A stretch of DNA of 47,425 bases from a virus: the IMG/VR virus record IMGVR_UViG_3300007351_000018; one strand, written 5' to 3'. Shown piece after piece: positions 15,684-25,856 of the stretch. The translations under genes and the position numbers were made by a program. Numbering within the stretch: position 1 is the stretch's first letter; every line of letters begins with the position of its first letter. Below the pieces are notes generated by a model that made no database searches, had not been told where the DNA came from, and saw only the letters and a list, made by a program, of their open reading frames with translations.

Positions 15684-16127
15684 CTAATTAATTTCATAAA
15701 AACCCGATACAAGGATTTTTACGCTTGTGTTATCTGTGCAAGTAGTAAAACTGTTAAACTTTATTAAGCCGTCATTGTCATCAAGATAAGCCAGTGGATT
15801 ACTCCAAGTCGTGTCTACTAACTGATGTGCTGAAAAAGATTGCAAGTATTCACCGCTATAACTTTTCTGCGTATAGGGTGTTGTTATTGTCAAGGCTGTT
15901 GCACCATTACCATCATCCGCGGTATAATAACCCGTGACAAAACATAGCTTACCTATAACCTGATATTGGAATTTATACGATACATTAGTTGCGGGTGTAC
16001 CTGTAGTCCATGTCAAAGTAGGCGTATAGCTTGTCACCGCAAATAAGTGAGTGAGTTGATAATTCAACTGTCTAGCCCATAGCTTTAATGTATCTTCAAC
16101 TTTCTTTAATGGTCTAAAGGTTTCCAT
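15684..16127 (-). CDS. Hypothetical structural protein (147 aa)
   Basis: ATGA overlap with the upstream tail gene; lies within the structural operon. Confidence 0.4.
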   Translation of the reverse strand: METFRPLKKVEDTLKLWARQLNYQLTHLFAVTSYTPTLTWTTGTPATNVSYKFQYQVIGKLCFVTGYYTADDGNGATALTITTPYTQKSYSGEYLQSFSAHQLVDTTWSNPLAYLDDNDGLIKFNSFTTCTDNTSVKILVSGFYEIN

Positions 16128-17530
16128 TATTTTTTCACCCTAACATTTTTCTTTAATGAATGTATCCTTACCTTACCTGTACCAGAAAACTTCATCTTGT
16201 ACCAATCCGCATTAGAAATCTTTTCTGTCGGTATAACGGTACGATGTACTTCTGCTTCGCTGTCTAATGTTATATCTGTTGAAGGTACGAGAGTAGAATA
16301 AGTCGTAGACAAAGCATTAGTCGTGTAATCAATAGCCATGGTTGCGGTACTGCTACCGTCATGCACGATGTACATATCACGCAAAGTCTTTTTACCTTCT
16401 ATTTCATTGTCATTGTACGCTTTGGTTTCAAAACTCCATGGTATAGCGGTAGAATTATCGTTCCCTGTTCGTGCGGTAGATTCCATGTTCCATATAACGC
16501 CCGTAGTGGAATGTGTCCCGTAAAGCAATCCATTGATATTGACTAAACGATTAAAGTTTCCGTCCTGTGGTGCATCCCAAATTCCCTTGGTAATATTGTA
16601 GACAAGAACCATATTGTTTGCTGTCGATTTATAAGGAATACCTATATAAATCTTGTCGTCCTTATAACCCATACAACATAAGGAAAAATCATTTATGCCA
16701 TCTATCCATTTTTGTACTTTTTGTGAGATTAAAACCGGCACACTACCATCAAAAACATAAACCCCTGAATAATCCACCCAAAACAAAAGCCCTTGTGCTT
16801 CACATACGGACTTGAAATTCACACACCCGATATCTTTTGATATCTCGATCAGTTCATAATTTGCAGGGCCCGAACCTCTCAATTCTTGCATTGAACCATC
16901 GGAAAATATTATGACCGAATCGTTGTACGCACATATCGCGCTAGCAAAACCGTACATATTAGATAAGGTTATCGAACCTGCATCGTCAATAGTAGTCCAA
17001 TCCGTTAAATCATTTAAAGCTGAAAAATGCAAACTATTATTACTTACTGCGTATACCCTGCCCTTATGAACAGTAAATATTTTCGTATAGGGAAGGTTAG
17101 TGTCGGATATTGTTAAGGCGGTTGTAGCAACCCCACCATCCCAGTACATCCTTTGTGAACTGTTCATCATAATAGCATATCTTGCCGTACCCGTAACGAG
17201 TTCGTCAAAGGCTGCTTCCGTACTCGATACCAAATTTGACATTGTTGTTAGAAACGCACCCGTCCAACATCTCCATGTTACTCCATCCGCAAGAAGTGCG
17301 AGGGCTTTTTTATATCTGCCTATACCATTAGCTGCATTTTCAAACACCGTGGTATATCTCGCCCTATCTGCTCTTGTCTGGATAGCGGGATAGCTGTCGC
17401 AGGACATATTGAGTCCGTCCGTCAATTCCCCATCCTCAATAGTAAATGGCGTAAGATAGGAATTAACACCGTTGCCGAATGTATTTATAACTGGTTCAAT
17501 TTCATATTTCATAGGTTTCCAGTAAGCCAT
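16127..17530 (-). CDS. Tail (nozzle-like) protein with beta-propeller-type repeats
   Basis: Recurring blade-like segments (RVYAVSNNSLHFS, VIIFSDGSMQEL, LLFWVDYSGVYVFDG, KIYIGIPY, LLYGTHSTTGVIWNM); position after an adaptor-sized gene. Confidence 0.45.
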   Translation of the reverse strand: MAYWKPMKYEIEPVINTFGNGVNSYLTPFTIEDGELTDGLNMSCDSYPAIQTRADRARYTTVFENAANGIGRYKKALALLADGVTWRCWTGAFLTTMSNLVSSTEAAFDELVTGTARYAIMMNSSQRMYWDGGVATTALTISDTNLPYTKIFTVHKGRVYAVSNNSLHFSALNDLTDWTTIDDAGSITLSNMYGFASAICAYNDSVIIFSDGSMQELRGSGPANYELIEISKDIGCVNFKSVCEAQGLLFWVDYSGVYVFDGSVPVLISQKVQKWIDGINDFSLCCMGYKDDKIYIGIPYKSTANNMVLVYNITKGIWDAPQDGNFNRLVNINGLLYGTHSTTGVIWNMESTARTGNDNSTAIPWSFETKAYNDNEIEGKKTLRDMYIVHDGSSTATMAIDYTTNALSTTYSTLVPSTDITLDSEAEVHRTVIPTEKISNADWYKMKFSGTGKVRIHSLKKNVRVKK

Positions 17531-18199
17531 TTACCAATCCCTCCAGTCCCATCCAAAGTCGCGTTTCCTTTCCTTCCGCAATGCCTTATCCATCCTGACA
17601 CGTTTTCTCTCGTCCCTGTAATCCGCATAATAATTGTTGGCAAGTTCTACATCAGGTGCGTTCCCTGACTTTGCCACCAACTCCAAAGTGCCAAGTAAAA
17701 GCAGTTCATAATATTCTTCCTCGATATCAGGTATGGTTGTGCTGTCGGAAGAAGCCGTACCAATCGTGGCGGGTATTCTGTCATAGTACACCCTTGCCAC
17801 CCTCAATTCAGTTGATTCAGGATAAAGCCCTATCTGTGAGGATGATACTATCGCATCGGTGGTCTGGAAATGTTCATTCGGAGTGTAGTATTGATTCTCT
17901 ATGAGCTCATCGTCAAACCCTGCATACTTATATTCCTCCCATAGTGTGGTGGAAGTTATGTCGGTAGTGGCTGTCGCATTGCTCACCAATACGCGGTTAG
18001 TCTTGTCTATGCGCCAATTAGTAGACATATCATATAACATGGATGATGAGGCCACAAACTGATATACGCTTTCCATTGGTACATCACGGTATATTTTCTT
18101 GATAACCGTGTTGAAATAATTTACTTTTTGTGCATGACTAACCCCATTAGGTAATCTTGCATCTATTTGAGTTGTCAAACCACCTATATCAGTTGACAT
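17531..18199 (-). CDS. Putative head-tail adaptor / tail tubular protein (222 aa)
   Basis: Called from position and size only; abuts the downstream gene (TAAATG). Confidence 0.3.
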   Translation of the reverse strand: MSTDIGGLTTQIDARLPNGVSHAQKVNYFNTVIKKIYRDVPMESVYQFVASSSMLYDMSTNWRIDKTNRVLVSNATATTDITSTTLWEEYKYAGFDDELIENQYYTPNEHFQTTDAIVSSSQIGLYPESTELRVARVYYDRIPATIGTASSDSTTIPDIEEEYYELLLLGTLELVAKSGNAPDVELANNYYADYRDERKRVRMDKALRKERKRDFGWDWRDW

Positions 18200-18215
18200 T
18201 TAGACCACTCCTTAA

Positions 18216-19679
18216 TTAAACTAATGTTTTATACTCTATCGTGGGTGTTGTCGTGTTGGAATCTAGCGTAGAACCGTCTGTTAATAATACCTCGATCGTA
18301 CCAGATTGAAACCCTTGCATATCATATTTTGATACAAGTGTTTTTACCGGTACGGAAAGCTGATAATTCAATTTGTATGGCGTAAATCCAACATCCTGAT
18401 TCGCAATTACAAAGGCGTAATCCCCTGCCCCTGCGTTTTTTACCGTTCCGCTTGTGATCCCTGTCCACACGCAACTTGCTACATTAGTATTTGCCGTTGT
18501 AAGCTTCCAGCCATAAAAATAGGCTTGTATTAACCCCGTCCAAGTCATCCCTGTAAAAGAAGTGCCGGGAACCCATGCTTCAAGCCAACCAGAATCAGAA
18601 TCGCCTATGTCTACATAAACCCTGCCATCACTCCAAAGCAGAAAACGGTCGGCCGTAGAAGCGGAAATTTGCCCCTGACTTCCTTGATTTATAAGGGGCT
18701 TCCCATCATACTTCCAGCAATTAGCTGTATAGTTAGTGTAATTGGTAAAGGCTGGTGTTTTTACACGCTTAAACCCTGTTGTGTCCGTATCAAAAGCCCA
18801 AGCATAACTACCATCAAGATTAAACACTCCACTATTTTTCTGCGTCTTTTCCCCATCCGTGATACTAACCTGATCCTGTACACTTCCGACAGATGTAAGT
18901 CCATATGTAGAAGAAGCTACATAACCAACGGATTGTACTGAACCACCTGAATCTTTTGTCCGTATCATCAACCCTGCTGCACCGGATGATTTTATACCGT
19001 CAAACCAATGGTTGTAACGCAAATCACAAGTGGCAGCAACAGGCTCACTTCCTGCCCCGAATTTACCTGTAAGATTTATCCCGATAACGCTTTTAACTTC
19101 CAATACCTTTCCGTTTTGAGTGGCAGCATCAGCATAGTATTCATAAATATTTATCCTGTAATTTCCTGTAAAATCAGCAGGAGTAGCTAATATACCCGAT
19201 ACGGTATACCATGTATTAGCTGTCGGCGTTAATTGCGTTGCTAATACTGTTTCCGTCCCAGCCGTAGAACCATCTATTAATATTTTTATACTTGTGCAAT
19301 TAGCATTTGTAACCCTAGCGGAACATCTTACATATATTTGCGCTCCTACCACAACAGCAGTATTTGTATCTTGTCCTAAGTAAGCATATGCCTGTGAACC
19401 ATCACCTGTAAGAGTATAAGTATTACTAGCAACGCTTTCCGCGCCCGCTGTTGGTGCCCAACTATCCCCATTGGCAAAGTTGCCATTAAGGACAATGTTT
19501 GTCTCTGTTTCACCCTTTACAACAATATTTACTGCCCCTTGTACAATGGTGGCGGGCAAAGTGATTGTCTGTGCATTTGTATCAGTTCCGGAGCCATAAG
19601 GCAACCCCCAAAGGGGTGACACTATCGCACTCTGTATCGGCGACACTATGGAATTTTCCTTAATAGACTTTAAAGACAT
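18216..19679 (-). CDS. Putative tail fibre / receptor-binding protein with a CBM-like jelly-roll segment
   Basis: ...NIVLNGNFANGDSWAPTAGAESVASNTYTLTGDGSQAYAYLGQ...IYVRCSARV... resembles carbohydrate-binding-module signatures. The ATG at 19679 after GAGGGG is a better start than 19694. Confidence 0.4.
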   Translation of the reverse strand: MSLKSIKENSIVSPIQSAIVSPLWGLPYGSGTDTNAQTITLPATIVQGAVNIVVKGETETNIVLNGNFANGDSWAPTAGAESVASNTYTLTGDGSQAYAYLGQDTNTAVVVGAQIYVRCSARVTNANCTSIKILIDGSTAGTETVLATQLTPTANTWYTVSGILATPADFTGNYRINIYEYYADAATQNGKVLEVKSVIGINLTGKFGAGSEPVAATCDLRYNHWFDGIKSSGAAGLMIRTKDSGGSVQSVGYVASSTYGLTSVGSVQDQVSITDGEKTQKNSGVFNLDGSYAWAFDTDTTGFKRVKTPAFTNYTNYTANCWKYDGKPLINQGSQGQISASTADRFLLWSDGRVYVDIGDSDSGWLEAWVPGTSFTGMTWTGLIQAYFYGWKLTTANTNVASCVWTGITSGTVKNAGAGDYAFVIANQDVGFTPYKLNYQLSVPVKTLVSKYDMQGFQSGTIEVLLTDGSTLDSNTTTPTIEYKTLV

Positions 19680-19683
19680 AGTA

Positions 19684-20130
19684 TCACCCCTCATATAAAC
19701 CTTTTAGAGCCATTACGATTAATACACTGGTAGAATCAGACGAACCACAAGTGTTATTGACAAACTGAAATCTCGCATCCGCACCGTTAAAGATACCATG
19801 CACATTTTTTATAGTCCTGCCTAACCCAGTTTCAGTTGAACCTGGAACAGTTACGGAAGTCAACAGTTCATAGTCCTGTGTCGAACCCGTGGAAAGACCT
19901 ATTTCCTCCGTGTAAATATTGCAAGTAAACGGCATAGTGGAAGGGTTGTAAAACATAGCCTGATATTCATATTTTGCCGCTTTTTGTGCTGTAGAGTTTG
20001 CATAGTCCACATTCACACCCGTTTTACTGGCGGTGGTGGAATCACTCGACAACCGAATAGACACCCTTGATATTGTGGACTGCTGTACGCCTGATGTCGA
20101 TAAAAAGAATTGCTGTGGCGGTCTATACAT
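19684..20130 (-). CDS. Ser/Thr-rich structural protein (148 aa)
   Basis: Within the structural operon; ...LSTSGVQQSTISRVSIRLSSDSTTASKTG... Confidence 0.4.
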   Translation of the reverse strand: MYRPPQQFFLSTSGVQQSTISRVSIRLSSDSTTASKTGVNVDYANSTAQKAAKYEYQAMFYNPSTMPFTCNIYTEEIGLSTGSTQDYELLTSVTVPGSTETGLGRTIKNVHGIFNGADARFQFVNNTCGSSDSTSVLIVMALKGLYEG

Positions 20131-20189
20131 TGTAAGTCACCTTCTTTCATAAAGATAAAGGGGCGGTTGTACTTCCCGCCCCAATTTTA

Positions 20190-20792
20190 TTAACCAGACG
20201 ATTCGACGGCTGCTTCCGCGTGTATACCACCCGCAGCATTTTCAAAGCCCGGTATGGTCGAATCAACACTTGTTACCATCCATACTGATGTTGAAATACC
20301 CAGTAGGTTCAATGTCTGTGGCTGTGTCCCTAGTGTGGAGAATGATATATAGCGGTGGCTTGAACCACCAGTCGAATCCATTACTCCGCAATTAGTTGTT
20401 AAGTCAACCCACAGCGTATTAGCAGAGGCACCAGTAGAGCCCCAACGTATCACTTTTGGTACACCTGGAATAGGCGCACCCACTACAATAGTCCTTGCTG
20501 ACGTTGAGAAGTCACCGCCCGTTGTGTTAGGCACGCAATAGGTCAAACCATACGGCGTTACCGTTGAAGGGCTTGCACCAGCAGACGTTACCGCAACGGT
20601 TTCGACATACGCAATAGGTACACCTTGGTTATAGGTTAGTCCCGTAGAACTCGCCACCTGTACCGCAGTCGAACCGGAACGCGCATAGATACCATTGCCG
20701 TACAACGCACCCGTGGAGTCTAGTACAGTCAAGTCCGTACTGCCATTAGTCGTACCATTGATGTAAATGCCCTCACGTTGTTCTATTTTCAT
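20190..20792 (-). CDS. Ser/Thr/Gly-rich structural protein (about 200 aa) immediately after the major capsid gene
   Basis: ATG at 20792 after GAGGTG; ...NGTTNGSTDLTVLDSTGALYGNG...VTSAGASPSTVTPYG... Confidence 0.45.
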   Translation of the reverse strand: MKIEQREGIYINGTTNGSTDLTVLDSTGALYGNGIYARSGSTAVQVASSTGLTYNQGVPIAYVETVAVTSAGASPSTVTPYGLTYCVPNTTGGDFSTSARTIVVGAPIPGVPKVIRWGSTGASANTLWVDLTTNCGVMDSTGGSSHRYISFSTLGTQPQTLNLLGISTSVWMVTSVDSTIPGFENAAGGIHAEAAVESSG

Positions 20793-20860
20793 TTTTTTCA
20801 CCTCGATTCAAAGCATAATAAAAGGGCGATTATTTAACCGCCCTTATTTAGTTAGCTACA

Positions 20861-21763
20861 TCAAGCGCCCTGATTCCCCGCAAATCCGACGTTAGGAATC
20901 ATACAGGAATTGTGCATAGCGATTGCAGCCAATTTGAGATTCTTCGTGTCGAAGTCAATCTCATCAGTGAACTGCGTTTTCATCCACCATACGAATATCG
21001 CATGGACGAATGAGTTATCCCACATGAACCAAGCGTTGGTATCATTCAAACGATGTGAATAATGCCAATTTATCCTTGCTGATGGCAGGACGTTCTTTGT
21101 GTTTACAGTCAGCCCGGCTTTCTTGTCGGATTCGTAAACTTCCTCAATGTCGAACTGATTCAAGTAATGTGTCAAGCCATCAGTCGCTTTTGAGGGCATG
21201 GGCTTACCCTGATGATTTTTGAACTGTGCAAACATCTGTATCATGGATTTGTGGTTGTCAGGATCTGTCAAGGATGAAGCTGTTGCCAATGTGTCATTGG
21301 TTGTTCCAGGAGCATCTTTACAAGGAACACTGTTCGAGCATTTGGGTACGCCTGTTGCGAGGTTAGTCGTAAAGGCATTGTCAAAATGCGCTATCAATGT
21401 TTCCTCTTCCAAGTCCCTCATGGTTCTTGCAAGTTCCTTCGCCCTTGCGGGGTCAAGACACTTATTAAGGTCGAACTTCATAGCCTCCTGCGTGATAGAG
21501 AATCCGTTACCTCTTGTTACAGACTTAACGGAGGTCTGGTACGCCTCCCTGACCGAACCGTAAGTCAGAGGCATACCCTCTGTCTTTGTGTACGCGGCAG
21601 AAAGGTTACCCATCGTGTCAAATGTTTCCGTTTCTTTTACCCCTTCATACTCCGTGCTTATCATAGGGTATTCAAGGGGGTATGCTTCATAGTTATTGTA
21701 GAAGTAGTCTTTCTGTTGGTCGGCTACACTTCTAGCAATATCTGAGGTTACTGTATATGCCAT
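20861..21763 (-). CDS. Major capsid protein candidate (300 aa)
   Basis: Called from size and position after the scaffold-like gene; strong RBS (GGAAGGAGTGAAAG); followed by a GC hairpin (aaagggcg...cgccctt). No motif-level proof. Confidence 0.55.
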   Translation of the reverse strand: MAYTVTSDIARSVADQQKDYFYNNYEAYPLEYPMISTEYEGVKETETFDTMGNLSAAYTKTEGMPLTYGSVREAYQTSVKSVTRGNGFSITQEAMKFDLNKCLDPARAKELARTMRDLEEETLIAHFDNAFTTNLATGVPKCSNSVPCKDAPGTTNDTLATASSLTDPDNHKSMIQMFAQFKNHQGKPMPSKATDGLTHYLNQFDIEEVYESDKKAGLTVNTKNVLPSARINWHYSHRLNDTNAWFMWDNSFVHAIFVWWMKTQFTDEIDFDTKNLKLAAIAMHNSCMIPNVGFAGNQGA

Positions 21764-21782
21764 AATCTTTCACTCCTTCCGA

Positions 21783-22352
21783 TTAGGTAGTCACAAGCCC
21801 TCTGAACAAGTTCGGGGCGAATGTACCACGCACTGTTTTATTGACCGTTGAGAAATCAGTCAAAATGAACGCACCAAGGGTAGAACCAGAAACACTTGCC
21901 GTTGAAGCAGTAATCCAATCCTGTACCCAAGTCGACCCTGCGGTTGAGGCATAAGTAGAACCAGATGAACATTCCTGTGCAACAAACTTGAACACCAGCC
22001 CAAGGTTTGTCGTTGTCACCCAGTCACTCGCCATCGCTCCTGCGCCATCAGACGATGCTGTGGTATAATTACCCTCACATACGTCATATGGAGTAAGAGG
22101 CTGTACATAAACTATCGCTGTTGAATCTGCTGTTGCATTTGCCGGCATAACAGCTACAATACCGGCAAGTCCACCACTCGTTGAACCCAAAGGCTCGGTT
22201 GAACCCGTGGAAGTGCCGATTGTCACCAATCTTGCACGACCAGACGATTCAAATACGAGTTTACCAACGTCAGTGGTGTATATGCTCGCTGTGCTGGACG
22301 CAATCATTTTCCTTACGGGATTTTCCTGCGCCCCATTAACGATTTTCCACAT
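21783..22352 (-). CDS. Ser/Thr-rich head decoration-like protein (about 189 aa)
   Basis: Lies between the scaffold and capsid genes; ATG at 22352 after AGGAG; ...TIGTSTGSTEPLGSTSGG..., ...SSGSTYASTAGST..., ...TASTASVSGST... Confidence 0.4.
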   Translation of the reverse strand: MWKIVNGAQENPVRKMIASSTASIYTTDVGKLVFESSGRARLVTIGTSTGSTEPLGSTSGGLAGIVAVMPANATADSTAIVYVQPLTPYDVCEGNYTTASSDGAGAMASDWVTTTNLGLVFKFVAQECSSGSTYASTAGSTWVQDWITASTASVSGSTLGAFILTDFSTVNKTVRGTFAPNLFRGLVTT

Positions 22353-22364
22353 AATTATCAACTC

Positions 22365-23060
22365 CTATCTGTTTTTGTTTTTCCAATACTTCTCAACAGT
22401 CCAACCCTCTTTGGGTTTCAACCGTTGTAGCAGTTTGAGAGAAGCCTTTTCATCATCAGTCAAGGGGTAAAGTTCTTTACTCTTCCCTGCTGCTGATTGT
22501 GGTAAAGCCTTTTCTTCCTTCTCGCTTTTCTCATACTGCGCCCTGACTTCAAGGTTTTCCCTTATCTCTCTTGTGCGCTCACGTCCGCGTAAAACTATGT
22601 ACGCTTCCTCGGCACCACAATTCAGTTGCTTCATCTTGGCAGCTATATCCTGTTCATACGCCATGGCATCGGAAAAGAACTCGTCAGACTTGGCAAGTTC
22701 CTTTATTTCATCTTTTACAGGATTGTATATGTTGGAAACAATCTCACTTAGCTTTTTAATCTCATTCGTGGTCTTTGCTTCCCGTGCTGCCAGCTTTTCT
22801 GCCACAACCTCGTCAAACCCATCATCAACGAATGACTGTTTAAGTTGCATCTTCTCGGACTGGTACTCGCTCTCGTAGAGTTTGCTTTCATACTCTTTTA
22901 CTCTTTTTTCTAGCTCCTGCCGTTTTCTGCGTTCTTTCAACAGATCATCTTTGATTGAGTTTTTCTTAGGCTGTTCCTCTTTGGTTTCGGGCTGTTCTTC
23001 CTTTATTTCTTCCGTTTCTGTTGTTACGATTTCTTCATTGGTTTTGATTTCTTCTTCCAT
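22365..23060 (-). CDS. Scaffolding protein candidate
   Basis: Highly charged Glu/Lys-rich coiled-coil sequence upstream of the capsid gene; ATG at 23060 after GGAGG. Confidence 0.55.
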   Translation of the reverse strand: MEEEIKTNEEIVTTETEEIKEEQPETKEEQPKKNSIKDDLLKERRKRQELEKRVKEYESKLYESEYQSEKMQLKQSFVDDGFDEVVAEKLAAREAKTTNEIKKLSEIVSNIYNPVKDEIKELAKSDEFFSDAMAYEQDIAAKMKQLNCGAEEAYIVLRGRERTREIRENLEVRAQYEKSEKEEKALPQSAAGKSKELYPLTDDEKASLKLLQRLKPKEGWTVEKYWKNKNR

Positions 23061-23132
23061 TTGATCCTCCGTTTTTACGGGCGTACCCCGAAATATCAAC
23101 ACTTTAGTTAAAAGTGAGGGAAAACTTAGGTT

Positions 23133-23558
23133 TTACCGTCTATCCTTGACGACATCAATATCCCAAACTTGTTTCAGAAATTCTTTAATTATTTCAGGCT
23201 TGGAAACTGTTGCGGGGTACTTTTTCATCCCGTACAGGGCTGTAAGATTCCGCAACGTAGAAGCGGGTAATGAGGAAAGGTACTCTTGTGCGTCATCTTG
23301 TTTTATTGCCGTAGCATAAACAAAAAAACCTTTCTTCGTGTTCACAAGTAAGATAATCGGGCTGTCCTCCAATTCATAAACCATCTGGACATTACCGCCC
23401 AAATCACCCTTCAATTCCTCGTACTCGTCTGCCATCCATACCTGTTTTGTTTTGCAATCTTCCTGTCGATAATTCCTGTCAAGCGTTTTTACCTCAACGA
23501 TGTTGCCTTTATCGTCTTTTACCGCATAACTGCCGGTAGTGTAGAAAACTAAAAGCAT
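23133..23558 (-). CDS. Hypothetical protein (141 aa)
   Basis: ORF between portal and scaffold, same strand. Confidence 0.4.
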   Translation of the reverse strand: MLLVFYTTGSYAVKDDKGNIVEVKTLDRNYRQEDCKTKQVWMADEYEELKGDLGGNVQMVYELEDSPIILLVNTKKGFFVYATAIKQDDAQEYLSSLPASTLRNLTALYGMKKYPATVSKPEIIKEFLKQVWDIDVVKDRR

Positions 23559-23572
23559 TTCCGACCTCCTTC

Positions 23573-23932
23573 TTAATTCCCGTAATCAGGAACATAATTA
23601 TCAACCAACCTTCGTCTATGCCTTAATGCCTCTCTTGCTGTCATCCCCGTAGGGTCTATATCCAAATTACTTGCTAGATAAGCTGCATAAGTCACGGGAT
23701 TCTTTGTAATACTCCCGCACTTCTTACATACACATACCGGCTCTCCAAAATCTCCCTTGTGCCATAATCCCAACTGTTCACACCTTCCGCAAACAGGTTG
23801 CCTTGTCAAGGGGCAAGAGTTCTCCAACATTGTCATGGTTCTGATTTCCTCGTTACTCATAACATGATTGAAGTGTTTTGAGTTGCCGAATATGATAGCC
23901 ATTAGCTTGTTATGTTCTGCTACTGATGCCAT
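23573..23932 (-). CDS. Hypothetical Cys-rich (zinc-ribbon-like) protein
   Basis: ...PVCGRCEQLGLWHKGDFGEPVCVCKKCGS...; start overlaps the portal stop. Confidence 0.4.
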   Translation of the reverse strand: MASVAEHNKLMAIIFGNSKHFNHVMSNEEIRTMTMLENSCPLTRQPVCGRCEQLGLWHKGDFGEPVCVCKKCGSITKNPVTYAAYLASNLDIDPTGMTAREALRHRRRLVDNYVPDYGN

Positions 23933-25767
23933 CAGCCACCCACCATCCCCTGTTGCTGGATTAGCCCACCACTCGGATTGTTGGCATTAACCAACGGATT
24001 ACTAGGTGGCTGTGACTGTTGTGGTTGCTGTTGATACTGCTGTACCATCATTTTCAACTGTGCTTCTTGGTCATCGTTCAATGGAAGCCCCAGCCAATCT
24101 TTCATCAAGGCTCTCATTTCTGACCATTCCACCAATGGTTTCCCGCCTATCTGTACGGGTGCCAGTTGTGCCATCATCTGATACAAGAACGCCTTATTCT
24201 TTGGCAATCCAGCACCGATATTTATCTCAATATCCAGATCCACAGACTTAGTAAGCGGCTTCCCGTCTCGTCCCATGGCTGGCTCAAACTTAGGTTTCTT
24301 CGCACCAGGACGAGCTTTCGTGTACTGTTCTTCGTAAGCACTCGTAACAGGTTTCATTACAGGCACTTTTGTCATGTCGCGGAAGTCTATCCATTCATAA
24401 TCTTCTTTGTTCTCGTCCAGCCTGAACGCCTTGCCTGATGTGTAGTTATCCATCATCAGCCCCAATGCGTACTGGCACAACTCAACAAGTGTTTCCTGCA
24501 GTAAAATCTTTTGATGGTCAATGGCGTTATGTCCCTGCTGTTGCTGTATTGCTGATTCTGTTGCGGTCTGGTCACCCCTCTTGCCGGACATACCAAGCAT
24601 CAATGACGAAAACCTCGAAACGTGTTGTATTTCTTCCTCTATCTGTTTAAGCAACGCCCACCAATCCGGCTGTACTTGCATCCACGGTACGGATATAATC
24701 GGTGTACCGTTGCCGGAGGTTAAGTCTGCAGGTCGTGGGTTCAATGAGTTCTCGTCAAAGTCTGATAGGTCACTCTGGATAATGTCGGGGTCATAAAGAA
24801 CTATGTTAGGTCTTGAAGCTATACGGATCTTGTCGTACAGTTCATTTAAAAGTTTCTGTAATGGAAGCAACAACTTACCATTACCGAACCCTTGTAACCT
24901 TCCCTCTACTGGGTACATTATCGTATAGAAATACGGGTACTTGTCGTTTACATAGTTGTAATAAGACTTGATTTCTTCCTCTGACTTTTTCTGATTGTCC
25001 TTACGTCCACCCTTTTTGTGACAGTCATACAATAGAACCCCGCAAGCCGAATACTCTCTTAACCTCAACTTACCATCCTGACGTGACCAGTACAGAATCA
25101 ATACGGATGAGTTTTCATCATCCACGTTCTGCAATTCGGTGAATATCCCACCGTCACGAAAATCCACATACTTCCCGTACTCGACCATTTCAGCCTTTTC
25201 CTCGCCGTACCTGTCAATGAACTGCTGTTTACTCATCGTAATGGTTTCAGCGATGTATTCCGCTTCCTGGAACCTTAAAGGATCTTTTATCTTAATATCA
25301 ACGTATAACTTATTAAGAGGTGTCGGATTAATGGTGACAAGTCCGAAACCATTTATCGCTTTAGGGTCAAAGGAAAGTCCGAACACGCCATTACCAAACA
25401 ACTCCCTGCGTCTTTCGTGTATAGTCAGCTTGGTTTTGATATTGTTCTTACGCAACGTCCAGTCAAGCCCTATCTGCGCCCAATTCGCAAATCCCCTGTC
25501 AGACGGCCCCTGCCCTTTACAAGTTATCGCAAGGTTCTGTTCAACCAATGCCGTAACCTGACCTTCTATGTTGGCATGGAATCTGTTTATTTTGGAGTTG
25601 GGTACATTCTTGACCTCTGGCTGTTCATTGGAATAATATTCCACAATCTCATCCCAGTCATCAAAGATATCCTGAACCATATAACGGTTAGAATTAAGTT
25701 GCGATATGACATTATCGGCTTCTTTGATTTCATCCTCTGTCATAAATTTCGATCTATCTCTTTTCAT
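23932..25767 (-). CDS. Portal protein candidate (611 aa)
   Basis: Called from size and position ahead of the scaffold and capsid genes; Gln-rich C-terminal tail; GGAG RBS. Confidence 0.6.
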   Translation of the reverse strand: MKRDRSKFMTEDEIKEADNVISQLNSNRYMVQDIFDDWDEIVEYYSNEQPEVKNVPNSKINRFHANIEGQVTALVEQNLAITCKGQGPSDRGFANWAQIGLDWTLRKNNIKTKLTIHERRRELFGNGVFGLSFDPKAINGFGLVTINPTPLNKLYVDIKIKDPLRFQEAEYIAETITMSKQQFIDRYGEEKAEMVEYGKYVDFRDGGIFTELQNVDDENSSVLILYWSRQDGKLRLREYSACGVLLYDCHKKGGRKDNQKKSEEEIKSYYNYVNDKYPYFYTIMYPVEGRLQGFGNGKLLLPLQKLLNELYDKIRIASRPNIVLYDPDIIQSDLSDFDENSLNPRPADLTSGNGTPIISVPWMQVQPDWWALLKQIEEEIQHVSRFSSLMLGMSGKRGDQTATESAIQQQQGHNAIDHQKILLQETLVELCQYALGLMMDNYTSGKAFRLDENKEDYEWIDFRDMTKVPVMKPVTSAYEEQYTKARPGAKKPKFEPAMGRDGKPLTKSVDLDIEINIGAGLPKNKAFLYQMMAQLAPVQIGGKPLVEWSEMRALMKDWLGLPLNDDQEAQLKMMVQQYQQQPQQSQPPSNPLVNANNPSGGLIQQQGMVGG

Positions 25768-25786
25768 CCGATCAACTCCTTATAAT

Positions 25787-25833
25787 AAAAAAAGACCGTC
25801 CTATTGTTTGTGAAATCAAACAATAAAACGGTC
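25787..25833 (-). terminator. Strong rho-independent terminator between the sugar operon and the portal gene
   Basis: Minus strand: GACCGTTTTATTGTTTG-atttca-CAAACAATAGGACGGTC followed by TTTTTTT. The stem is 17 positions with two mismatches. Confidence 0.75.
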
Positions 25834-25856
25834 TCTAATGGACTCTCTACTCTGCT

